DNA of 64,000 nt from the NCBI GenBank assembly GCA_030390025.1, contig CM059427.1, positions 188,852,001 to 188,916,000 of the forward strand, written 5' to 3'. Positions 25,001 to 37,000 of the stretch are shown one piece after another. The notes below the pieces were generated by a model. The model was not told the DNA's origin, ran no database searches, and was given only the letters and a program-made list of their open reading frames with translations. The position numbers and the translations under genes are program-made. Position 1 is the stretch's first letter. Every line of letters starts with the position of its first letter. Source of the stretch: Squalus acanthias. Its lineage: Eukaryota.

Positions 25001-28000
25001 TTGAGACGGGGCTGGGCCCATCAACGGAACTGTTCTGGACAATCATCCAACCTGTCGAACAATAGGGTGGCAGTTGAAGAACTGGCATCACACCATTACC
25101 GGCCATCTAGCATGATGGGCCGAGACCAGTACCTTTTGTTAAAATTCATCATGCCCAGATCAGACAATAGAAATGTGCTGATCGGTGGGAAGATTAGAGC
25201 GACCGGAGGGGGTATAAATGGAAAGACCCAGCCATTTTTTCTCGCTCTCTGCCTGGACCCTCGGTTCGCTCTGTCTGCCAGCAGCTAAGAAAGAAGACTA
25301 CCAGAAACTTCGGAGCCACGTGTCGATGGCAGAAACAGAGCACAGGGCCAGGTTTTTCCATCCATTTCACCGGCGAGCATTATCTTTCTTCTGGCTGTCG
25401 CAAGACAATTTTAGTTAGGCATAAGGGTGGGGATTAATGGGGATATTGCTAAAACTGTAATTTTAGGATTTTCCCTCGATGTGTCCGTTCTCTTCCCATG
25501 CTAAGTGTAAAACCGTTTCCAGATGATACTGTTTCTCTGTAGTTTTACTTCTGTAAATAAACATTGGTTTTCCTCGCACCAATCCACGAGTCTGTTCGTT
25601 TGTCTTTATCGCCGCTCGATAAGTCCTGGGCTCAGAACTAATAAAGGGGATAGCGATTCGCAACCGCATAGCGGGCGCAGGACAGTCCAGGAAAACATAA
25701 CTGGCTGACCTACAAATAAGCCCGAGACAAAAACCCCTTACAGTCCCCTCATCTAATTCATTGATATAGATTGTAAATAGCTGAGTCCGAAGCACAGATC
25801 CTTGCATTACCCCACTAGTTACAGCCTGACAACCCAACATGACCTGTTTATTCCTAGTCTCTGTTTTCTGTCTGTTAACCAATCCTCAGCCCTTGCTAAT
25901 ATATTACCCCCAATCCCATGAGCCCTAATTTTGTGTAATAACCTCTTGTGTGGCACCTTATCGAATACCTTCTGAAAATCCAAATACACCACATCCACTG
26001 GTTCCCCCTTATCTACTCCATCTGCTGCTTAAACTCTCATCAATTCTTTTGTCAGCTCCAGACTTGACTATTGCTGTTCTCTCCCTGACATCCTTCCACC
26101 TTCCTTGCACTGAAACTCAATTCATCCAAACATCATCTACCCATATCCTATCCGGCACCAAGTCCCTCTCACCCATCACTACATTGGCTACATTGACTCC
26201 TGGTCCTCCAACACCTCCAATATAAATTTCTCATTCCCCTGTATAAATCCTCATGGCCTCACCGCTCCCTATTTCTGTAACCTCCCCCAGCCCTACAACA
26301 CCTAAAGAACTCTCTGTTCCTCTGACTCTGGCCTCTTGTGCTAATTGCTAACAATTAAAATTACTAGCCCTGAGTGCATCCACTAGTTCTAATGCACAGA
26401 GGATTTTTACCCACCTGGCTGTTTTTAATGAGAGATTCATTCGGGGCTGAGTGATAGAACTGGAGGATCAGGACATGATCCCAACATTCTGTTAGGAATA
26501 TTCTATGATTCTATTCTATGAAACACAAGTTTGACATAACTTCCTGTTTTTTGTACTCTGTGCCTCTATTTATAAAGCCCAGGATCCCATATGCTTTATT
26601 AGCTGCTTTGTTAACCTGTCCTGTCACCTTTAAAGATTTGTGCACAAGTACCCGCAGGTTTATCTGTTCTTGCAGCCCTTTAAAATTGTACTATTGAGTG
26701 TGTTTCATCTCTCTTCATTCTTCCTACCAAAATGTATCACCTCACATTTTTCTGCGTAATTACTCACAGAAAATCATACTATTGAACCCTTTCTAGTCCT
26801 TGTCCCACTTACCTTTGACCCCAAATATTTCATACTGTTTCAGTATTTTCTTACTGGGCTGTGTCTGAGTCCAGGTGAACAATCCCGCAAGTTCAAAGGT
26901 GGGGTTTCTGATTCTCAGATTAAGGGTCCCCCAGTCCTCACGTATCCTCTGAGAAATTCCTGGTATATTATTGTACTCCTCGCTCCATTGTACCGCCCAC
27001 CGCTGATCTTCTCTGTGAAAAGTTCCCAATTGCTTTGCAGTTTGTTGCCCTGAATGTGGTCTCCATTCCCAGACAATGGAGCCATTTCCAGGATTGTCTG
27101 GGCCTTTCAATACAAAGCTGCCTTCCTGATGGAAAAAATAAATATAATTCTGGCTTCCTGCAAGAAAGGAGAACCGACATTTTAAAATCAGATAGCAACT
27201 TCTCAATCTGTCGACAATTTGTTTTCAGTAAGTTGTTAGTTATAATTCATTTCAGCAGCACATACACAATAAGGAGCTGTAGAGAAGAAAGTCACTTTCC
27301 TATCGATACACTTATTGTAATGGATTATTGTTTCTCAGACATTCTCCCAGCCCTCAAAGGTTCAACAAGAACAAAAACCTGTATTTATTCAGCACTTTTG
27401 ATGAAGAACACGTTCCAAGGCTCTTTACACAGAGGGGAAAAATAGGGAAAAGGATTAAAAGTCACCAAGCAGTGATGTGAAAATGAGGAGATATGACTGA
27501 ACATTTAAAAAATTTGATAGCAAAATACTGCAGATGCTGGAAATCCGTAATAACAACAGAAAACGCTGGAAAAACTCAGCAGGCGAGGCAGCATCCGTGG
27601 AGAGAGAAACAGAGTTAACGTTTCAGGTCAATGACCTTTCGTCAGAACTGGCGGTTCTGACGAAAGGTCATCGACCTGAAACGTTAACTCTGTTTCTCTC
27701 TCCACGGATGCTGCCTCGCCTGCTGAGTTTTTCCAGCGTTTTCTGTTGTTATTTAAAAAATGTGTTTGGAGAATGTTTTTAAAGGGGCACGGAGAAATGG
27801 AGAGGTGGAGATATTTAGTGGTAATTTCAGACTGTGGCTGAAGGCTGAAGACCAAAGGTAGTCGTGGGGGTTATGGGAAATGGTGGCGAGGGAGAGCTGG
27901 GGGTCCTCAACAAACATCTGGAAGTTGAACCCAGTGCCTGCGCATGATGTGACCAGGATAGATAAGGAAGAGGAAGGAAATATATATTTGGAAACAACCA

Positions 28001-31000
28001 GCTGCATTTTTCAACTTCATCTATTTTTTTTTGCTTTTCCACCGGTATCAAGTCTGTTCATACAACAAGGGCAGAGGAAAGCTCCAGAATTTAGTTGGAC
28101 TCTCTCACCCCACATAAGGTGGGAAGCAGATTCTGGACCATTTCACAGCATATCCCTGTTACCAAATACCCTGAACACCCCAGGGTCGCACACACTGCTT
28201 AGTGACCCTAGGAGTAGATGAGGAAGACATTTGCTGATCTCCCAAGGGTTGCTAAGGTAAGCGAGCTCATACTTTGCCTCATTTTACAATCTTTCCTTCC
28301 AATGCAGGCTATCAGCACTTCACTGCAAGCTTAATGGAGCATCAAGGTGGGAAATGCACAGCTCTCTGGCAACTGTTCACCCAATTTCCAAAAGCGCAGA
28401 AACATCGTAAAATCTAGCACACTGCCAACACAAGATATCTGCATACTGCGAGTTCACAGACTCACATAAGGTGGATGGTAGACTTGGATCTAGGGTGGCA
28501 TTGTCTCTGCTTTTCACAATTCCAGGATATGTCTCTTCTATATCAGCTTACAGAAGGCTGCACATTAACAGATTTGTACCTGAGGGGCCCTCCCAACCAG
28601 TGCTCACTGACTCTGAGAGCAAATTCAGCAATTCCACACTCCCAGTGTAATTTGCTTTGACAGCAAATTGAAAAAGCTGTTTCCCTTGGTTTCCCACCAC
28701 AAAATCAATCGGTCCGAATCCCCGTGAACATTTTCCCCCTTCCCATGATCTGCCCGTGGGGATCCAAAATGAGCTAATGAGGGCCAGTGACTCTGCATCC
28801 TCGAGTTTCCTGATCTTGCGCTCACAATGCACGAGCCCTCAGTTAGAATGAGAGTGATGAGGCTCCGATGTTTCCAGGATCAGCTGAGACAGGAAGAGAA
28901 GAAGAGTTTCTCTGAGCCTGAATAGTGGAGACTTTCAACTGCAATTTTTGCAGCTGGGGATTACCTTTTGCTGAGATTTATTTGGGCATTCTGCAGCCGC
29001 ATTCTGATTGATTCTTGGTCAGAAAACCAATGGAAACGGCTTGTGTACCATTTTACTATCAAATATAAATGCTTGCCGTGTCTCAGTGAGTTTACCAAGA
29101 GCGTAGTTGAGACATACAGAGCAGGAAAGGTCCAAGCTTGATCCCAGGCTGTGCCGAGTTATCTCAGGGTAGATTTTCTGAGGCTCTGCCCCACTGTAGA
29201 GCCTCACACACAGGATATAAAGGAGGGGCTACTTCTGGCAACAAGAACAATAAGTGACCAGAATTTTCTATCCAGATTATAAATATAAAGAGCAAACCCT
29301 GAGTCACTTACCACTGGGCTCCAGATAGTACGGGACTAAAACCCGGGGTCTGTTTTGATGAAACAAAGCACATATCCAGTTCCCTCTGCCTCTGTCAGCT
29401 TTCTGAATAATCAGTCTCAATGATTTCTCTTCCCCATTCTGTCCATTCCATGTTTTTTGTTCAACAGTTTTGCCATCACTATTGATCCAAACAAGTCTCA
29501 TAGATTTAGTGACATCAGAGACAGAGCAGGTCAGGGTAACGATGTCTCCCTCAGTCACTGCATCAGATGGTTCAGCTGTGACTGTGTAAACAAGAAAATC
29601 ATTTAGATTTCAAACAATGGCCCAGAAATTCACTTCTCCGGCTTGCCGCGGGGGTAAGGATCGCGCGTGCTCTTACCTACCGCGCCTGTCGTTTTGTTTT
29701 GGGCCCACGGGAACTTCGGGTCCTGGGCCTCTCCCTAGTGCCGGCGCGCAGTGCTTGTGTGTCCCAGGGGCGCAGTTAGTGCGATGCGACCCCTGGGATC
29801 ACGTGGGCCATGGAGAGCCAATGGCAGCAGACCATCTTTCATTCATAGATTTGACAGGAGACATGTCAAATCTATGAATACAAATTGCCCCGAAAAGAAC
29901 AGCTAAACTTAAAATAAATATTAAAAAAACCATCACATTTATAAAATAACTATAGTTAAATAAATTAACCACTTTAAACAAAAATTTAAATTTTTGAAAA
30001 ATTAAAATACTTTTTAAAAGTTATAAAAATAAACTTACCTTTCTTTAAAGTATCTAAAAAAGAATAACCTGTTGAAAAAAATTTAAAATTATACTTAATT
30101 AACCACTTACCTTGTTCAAAACGGGTCTTGCGCTTCCTTTTCATTAGCGTAGTATCTTCCATACTTAACCTCGCGTAGAACCCTGAAAAAAAATCTAAGT
30201 GTGCGGCGTGCGCGCAGCCTCTAGCACGCACGCGGTTCACCTAGGAACCACCCCCTTCACCATACCGGAAGTTCCGGTTTCCCACGCATGCGCAGTGCAT
30301 GCAGGAAACCGGCACTTCGGGAAGCAATACGGGTGAGTACACAGTCCGTACTCACCCGGGAAGGGCCGAATTTTTGGGCCAAAAACTTGATCATTGGAAA
30401 CAATGACAACATTCTGTCTCCTACCTTTAACTGTGATTAGTTTAATGGTCACCATGTTATATGATCCCAGAGAACTTGTGTAAACTCCTGCATCTTCAAA
30501 CAGCACAGGGACAATCCTCACACTGAAGTTCTTGCCGTTAAACTTTGTCTCTGTGGGCACCAGTCGACTCCCAAAGTAGGTCCTGTTTACATTGATGAGC
30601 TGAAATATTGAAGCAGATGCTATTTCTTCCTCCTGATTTTGAAGCTGATCTGACCTCCAGGTCCATGCAGCATGATTGTAAGAGTGAAGATAATTAATAT
30701 AATAACCATAGCAAATCAGGTCGAGTTCACTGTGATCTGTGCCTGACCGATAAAGTTTGTACCTCTTATCATATAAATCTGTAATAGAGAGACAGAGAAC
30801 AACGTGTTAGATTTTCACGGTTGTTGAGTTACAGAGAAAATAGAGAATAATTATTGGCCACAATCATATAAGCCTATTTTGTATTTTGATTATCATAATT
30901 TTATTTGATCAAGTTTTTGTCAAAGTTATAAACTGTTTAAAATATGTACAACTTGGGTTAATTCGATATTCATAAGGAAACAGAATTTTTTAAATGAAAC

Positions 31001-34000
31001 ATTTTTGATTTTTAGTATGATGAGATTTTTGTGCCCTGGGCGACACCATGACATCACAGGCCCAATAGTCTGAGGCTGGGCCAGTAACCTGGAGTCCTGC
31101 TGGTGGCGGCTGCAGGCTGCATAGAACTACATTTTGCACAGAGCAATTTTGCAATGGTTTAAATATGGGGTCAGAAATTCAGCTGTTGTCGGGTGAGTAC
31201 GTGCTGTGTACTCACCCGTAAGGCCACCTGAAGTGTCGGTTTCCTGCATGCACTGCGCATGCGCGGGAAACAGGAACTTCCATTCCCCTGAAGGGAGGGG
31301 TTCAGAAGTCGAACGCGTGTGCGGTAGAGGCTGCACGCACGCAGCGAACGTCAGGTTTTTTTTCAGGTTTCTCCGGGAGGGTAAGTATGAAGAAGCTGCG
31401 CTTTTAAAAAGGAGGCGCATGGCCTATTTTTAACATGGTAAGTGGTTAATTAATTACAATTTAAACATTTTTTCAACAGGCTTATCTTTTTTAGATACTT
31501 TAAAGAAAGGTAAGTTTATTTTTAGCACCGTTAAAAAGTATAATTAATTTTTTCAAAAATTTAAATTTTTGTTTAAAGTAGTTAATTTATGTAACTTATA
31601 GTTATTTTAAAAATGTGATGTTTTTTTAAAATTTATTTGAAGTTTAAGTGTGGTTTTGGGGCCGATCTCTATTCATAGATTTGACAGGTCTTCCTGTCAA
31701 ATCTATTAATGAAAATGCCCTGCTACGATTGGCTCTCCATGGCCCACGTGATCCCAGGGGACGCTTCGAACTAACTGCGCCCCTGGGATACACAAGCACT
31801 GCGTGCCGGCAGCTGCAGGAGGCCCAGGACCCGAAGTCCTCGTGGGCCCAAAGCACAACCGCAGGCGCGCGCGATGCTTGCACCCGCAGGAAGCCGGAAA
31901 GCCGAATTTCTGGCCCATGGTTTGCTTCAGGCAAGTGCAATCCTCATTTACCTGGAATAATTTTTCAAAGAAGATCCCATGCAGAATTTCATGAATTTTG
32001 GCAAAGTTCTGCCTCCAGTGCTCACCTCACCCATGTGATATGCGCACACGTCTGCTCCATGGGCCTGTCCCACTTTAACATAATCCTTAAAGCAAGGATG
32101 CGGTTATTTGAGTTGGTGGCAACTAGCAGGTTTTTTCAGTGAACATCTGTCTTCTTCTGTATTTAACATTTTGCACAGAGTTTACACCTGTTCATTATTA
32201 TCTTATTATCATTCTTCCTTCCTTCAAATTTTCTCAGTAAGACTCACCCAGAGTTGTTTTAATTGTTGCTGCAATACAACTTGGCAGCTGAAAAAATGGG
32301 AATGTTGGGATTCCTTTACTTATTGTCCAGGGAGCAATCCTGATGCTTTCTTCCAGAAACATGGGGGTAATTTGGCTTTGTGTGATAGTGTAAAATGATT
32401 GATAGTGAATTGGCAGCACGTTTTACATCTCACAATGTTGTTGTAATTTTGCACAAATTCAAAGGGGGTCATTTTAAACCCCTAAAATGGGTGGGTTTGG
32501 GTCGGGTGGGTTGTTAAAATGTTAAAAATCACAAACCCTACCCACCCCGCCCACTTCCGGTTTTAACGATGGTGGGACGGGGGACAGGACGACCAACCCA
32601 CTCCCAGGAGGTGAGTTGGTCATTTAAATATTATAACGAGGCTGCTTCGCTCAGATTTAATCTCCATTTAAATTTAACACTGGCCGGCCAGGATTCCCAG
32701 GCCTCATGATACCCGACACCTAGAGGGAGGCGTGGACTGCTGGATCCTGCAGGTAAGTGCCTTTCCAATTACCTGCTGGAGCCAGCTTACCTGCTCCCCA
32801 CCCCATCAACCCCTGATTGGACACACCCCCGAGCTATGATCTCCCACCGACCCAACTCTTCCGATCTCACCTCCACAACAGGGCTTAATCAAGAGGGGCA
32901 AAATAGCTTACGAAAGCAAGCTGGCGGAAAATATAAAAACTAACTCCAAAAGCTTTTATAAGTATATCAAGAGGAAAAGACTGGTGAAAACCAAAGTTGG
33001 TCCATTGCAGTCAGATACGGGGGAATATATAACGGGAAATAAGGAAATGGCAGACCAACTAAATGCATACTTTGGGTCAGTCTTTACGAAGGAAGACACA
33101 AAAAACCTCCCTGGGATATCGGGAAAAATAGGGACATTGGCAAAGGAGGAACTGACGCAAATCAATATCTCTAAGGATATGGTGTTAAGGAAGCTAAAGG
33201 GATTGAAGGCGGACAAATCCCCAGGGCCTGATAACATGCATCCTAGGGTACTGAAGGAGGTGGCCCTAGAGATAGCGGATGCACTAAGTATGATTTTTCA
33301 GAATTCATTAGACTCGGGAACAGTGCCCATGGATTGGAGGGTAGCTAACGTTACCCCACTATTCAAAAAGGGGGGTAGGGAAAAAGCAGGTAATTACAGA
33401 CCTGTAAGCCTTACATCAGTTGTGGGCAAAATGCTGGAGTCCATCATTAAGAATGAAATAGCGGAGCACTTAGCAAATGGGGACAGGATAGGACAGAGTC
33501 AACATGGATTTACAAAGGGTAAATCGTGCTTGACTAATCTATTGGAATTTTTTGAGGGAGTAACTGGTAAAATAGATGGGGGAGAGCCAGTAGATGTGGT
33601 GTACCTAGACTTCCAAAAGGCCTTCGACAAGGTCCCACATAAAAGATTAGCATGGAAAATTGAAGCTCATGGGATAAAGGGGAAAGTATTGACGTGGATA
33701 GAGAACTGGCTGTCAGATAGAAAACAGAGAGTTGGAATAAACGGCTCATTTTCTGAATGGCAGGCAGTAACAAGTGGGGTACCACAGGGATCTGTCCTGG
33801 GTCCCCAGCTGTTCACAATTTACATTAATGACCTGGATCAGGGAGTCGGATGCAGCATTTCCAAATTTGCAGACGACACTAAACTAGGAGGGGGGGTGGG
33901 CTCAGAGGAGGAGACCAGGAAGCTCCAGAGCGATTTGGACAGACTGGGTGATTGGGCGGATAAATGGCAGATGCACTATAATGTGGACAAGTACGAAGTT

Positions 34001-37000
34001 ATCCACCTTGGGTGCAGGAACAGGAGGGCAAATTATTATTTAAATGGCAATAAATTGGGAGAGGGGGAAGTACAGAGAGACCTGGGTGTTCTTGTACACC
34101 AGTCACTGAAGGCGAGCATGCAGGTGCAACAGGCGGTCAAGAAGGCAAACGGTATGCTGGCCTTCATAGCAAAAGGGTTGGAATACAGGAACAGGGATAC
34201 CTTGCTGCAGCTGTACAGGGCACTGGTGAGACCACACCTCGAGTACTGTGTACAGTTTTGGTCACCTCATCTGAGGAAAGATGTTCTTGCCATGGAGGGG
34301 GTGCAGCGGCGATTCACCAGGCTGATACCAGGAATGGCGGGATTGACCTATGAGGAGAGACTATGTAGTTTAGGGATGTACACACTGGAGTTTAGAAGAT
34401 TGAGAGGGGACCTCATAGAAGTGTATAAAATTCTGACAGGTCTAGACAGACTAGATGCAGAAGGAATGTTTCCCTTGGCGGGTGAGAACAGAACTAGAGG
34501 ACATAATTTAAGGATAAGGGCTAAACCATTTAGGACAGAAATGAGGGGGAATTTCTTCACTCAGAGGGTGGTGAACCTGTGGAACTCATTGCCACAGAGG
34601 GCAGTGTACGCCAGCTCATTAAATATATTTAAGAGGGAATTAGATATATTTCTACAGGCAAAAGGGGTTAAGGGTTACGGAGAGAAGGCGGGGACGGGAT
34701 ACTGAACTGGAGGATCAGCCATGATCTCATTAAATGGCGGAGCAGGCTCGAAGGGCCGGATGGCCTACTCCTGCTCCTATCTTCTATGTATCTATGTATC
34801 TAAATGCGGAGATCTTTCCGATCCCTCACTCCCTTCTCCGAACTGCTTGGCTGCGGTCTCCGATCTCCCCACGATCCTTCCGATCTCCCCTCCGGCCTTC
34901 GATCTAAATCCCACCACCCCCAACACCTACGATCTCCCCTCTACCCAAACCTCTGGAACTCCCTCCCTAAACCCCTTCACCTCTTGCTGTGTCTTCACAC
35001 ACACTCATTGACCAATCTTTCAATCACCTCTCTTAACTTTCTCACTAATACTGACATCCACTTCATTCTTCCTCAGTAAAGTGTATTTTTTTCTTTCTTC
35101 AAGATGCAATGTTACTGAAAGCATTCGCTGTTTTTGTTTTATACTCTGGTACCACTTATTAAAAAAATGCATCATTTCAGATTTTCTACCTTCTGATGTT
35201 GAACAGCTTCATTTACTTTGACAATTCTAGACAAGAAAAATGAGTACTTGAAATGCCATAGCATATAAGGTGACGGACCAAGTGCTGGAAAATGGGATTA
35301 GAATAGATAGGGCTTGATGGCCGGCACAGACACGATGGGCCGAAGGGCCTCTTTCTGTGCTGTATAACTCTATGACTCTATCTAAAAACAAATATTGGCT
35401 GTAGCCTTGTTCCTCTGCCCCACTTGCCTCTCGACAGCTGGTGAAGTTGTTCCCCATTCAGTTACCTGTACAGAACCAGGCCACATTAAAACCATCCCCC
35501 CTCCCTCCACTCTCAATCTATTGATCTCAGATGCTAACAATCGCAGGGCACCATAACTGCTTGTACAATTCTTCCACTACCAATGATGTTCAACCAAAGT
35601 CAGTCAGTGTTGTACCCTAGGTGTGAATGTATTGGAAGAGCACTGAGTAGATATTCAGGGCTGGACTTTAATGCTGTGCCCTTGCAGTGAGTAAAGTGAA
35701 CCATATTTAGAAAAGAATTGTCTCTGTGTTTTGGTAACTGATGAGCTGTGTGAGAATGTTGCTGTCCACCTTCAACCCTTTAGCTATTTATTGTCAGATC
35801 CATCAAGACCTGGTTGTTGATATTTGCCCACTGTATTGCAATGTTATATTTACACCAATGTCTCAAAGAAAAAAATAAGGGCCCAGTCTGTAGTAAAAGC
35901 ATATGCTGTCTCTGTGCTCCCTGTACTTTGTGTGTAACAGTGTTATTTCAGTAACTATTTAATATCTACTGTAAGGTAGTTCTGGCCTTATCCTGATCCA
36001 CATCAATAGTTTTGATGCTATTTTAATAACAGAGAGTTTTTTCTACACTTCACACAAATGCAAATTCTTATCTTCTACTCCAAAGTTCCACTCTCAGCTT
36101 TTCCCCTCTTCCTCCCCCAAAGCCCCACTCCCAGCCTCTGTCATTTCCCTCTGCCCACCATCTCTCCTCTACATTGCCATCATTTCCATCCTTCCCTCTC
36201 CCGTTCATGGCCATTGATTCCCTGCCCTTCCCTCTTCCCTCAGTCCTGCTCCCAGCTGAATGCTTATTTGAAACCTTGAGTATGCAGCAGCTGGAATCAC
36301 TTCAAATAGCAGCAGAACTCGGTTAGAAGTGGCATTGAGGGGAGAGAGCCCAGTTTTTTGTTCAATGCTGATATGTGCACCAGGGACCCACGTGCTGACA
36401 TAAGAACCTAAGAACATAAGAAATAGGAGCAGGAGTAGGACATTTGGCCCTTCGAGCCTGCTCCACCATTCAATGAGATCTTCTACCTCACCTCCACTTT
36501 CCTGAACTATCACATATCCCTTGATTACCTTAATAGCCAAAAATCTATCGATCTCTGTCTTGAATATACTCAACAACTGAGCCTCCACAGCCCTCTGGGG
36601 TAGAGAATTCCAAAGATTCACCACCCTCTGAGTGAAGAAATTTCTCCTCATCTCAGTCCTAAATGGCCGACCCCTTATTCTGAGACTGTGACTCCTGGTT
36701 CTAGACTCCCAGCCAGGGGAAACATCCTCCCTGCATCTACCCTGTCAAGCCCTATAAGAATTTTGTATGTTTCAATGAGATCACCTCTCATTCTTCTAAA
36801 CTCTAGAGAATATAGGCTTAGTCTACTCAATCTGTCCTCATACGACAATCCCCCCCATCCCAGGAATCAGTCTGGTGACCCTTCGTTGCACTCCCTCTAT
36901 GGCAAGTATATCCTTCCTTAGGTAAGGAGACCAAAACTGTACACAATACTCCAAGTGTGGTCTCACCAGGGCCCTATATAATTGCAGTAAGACGTCATTA

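Larger units (their letters stand above)
22880..26010 (-). mobile_element. CR1 RT/3' fragment interrupted by four younger insertions
   Basis: RGDLIETY, LEYCVQFWSP and GVMQGSV motifs in pieces, 3' tail near 22885. Confidence 0.85.
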
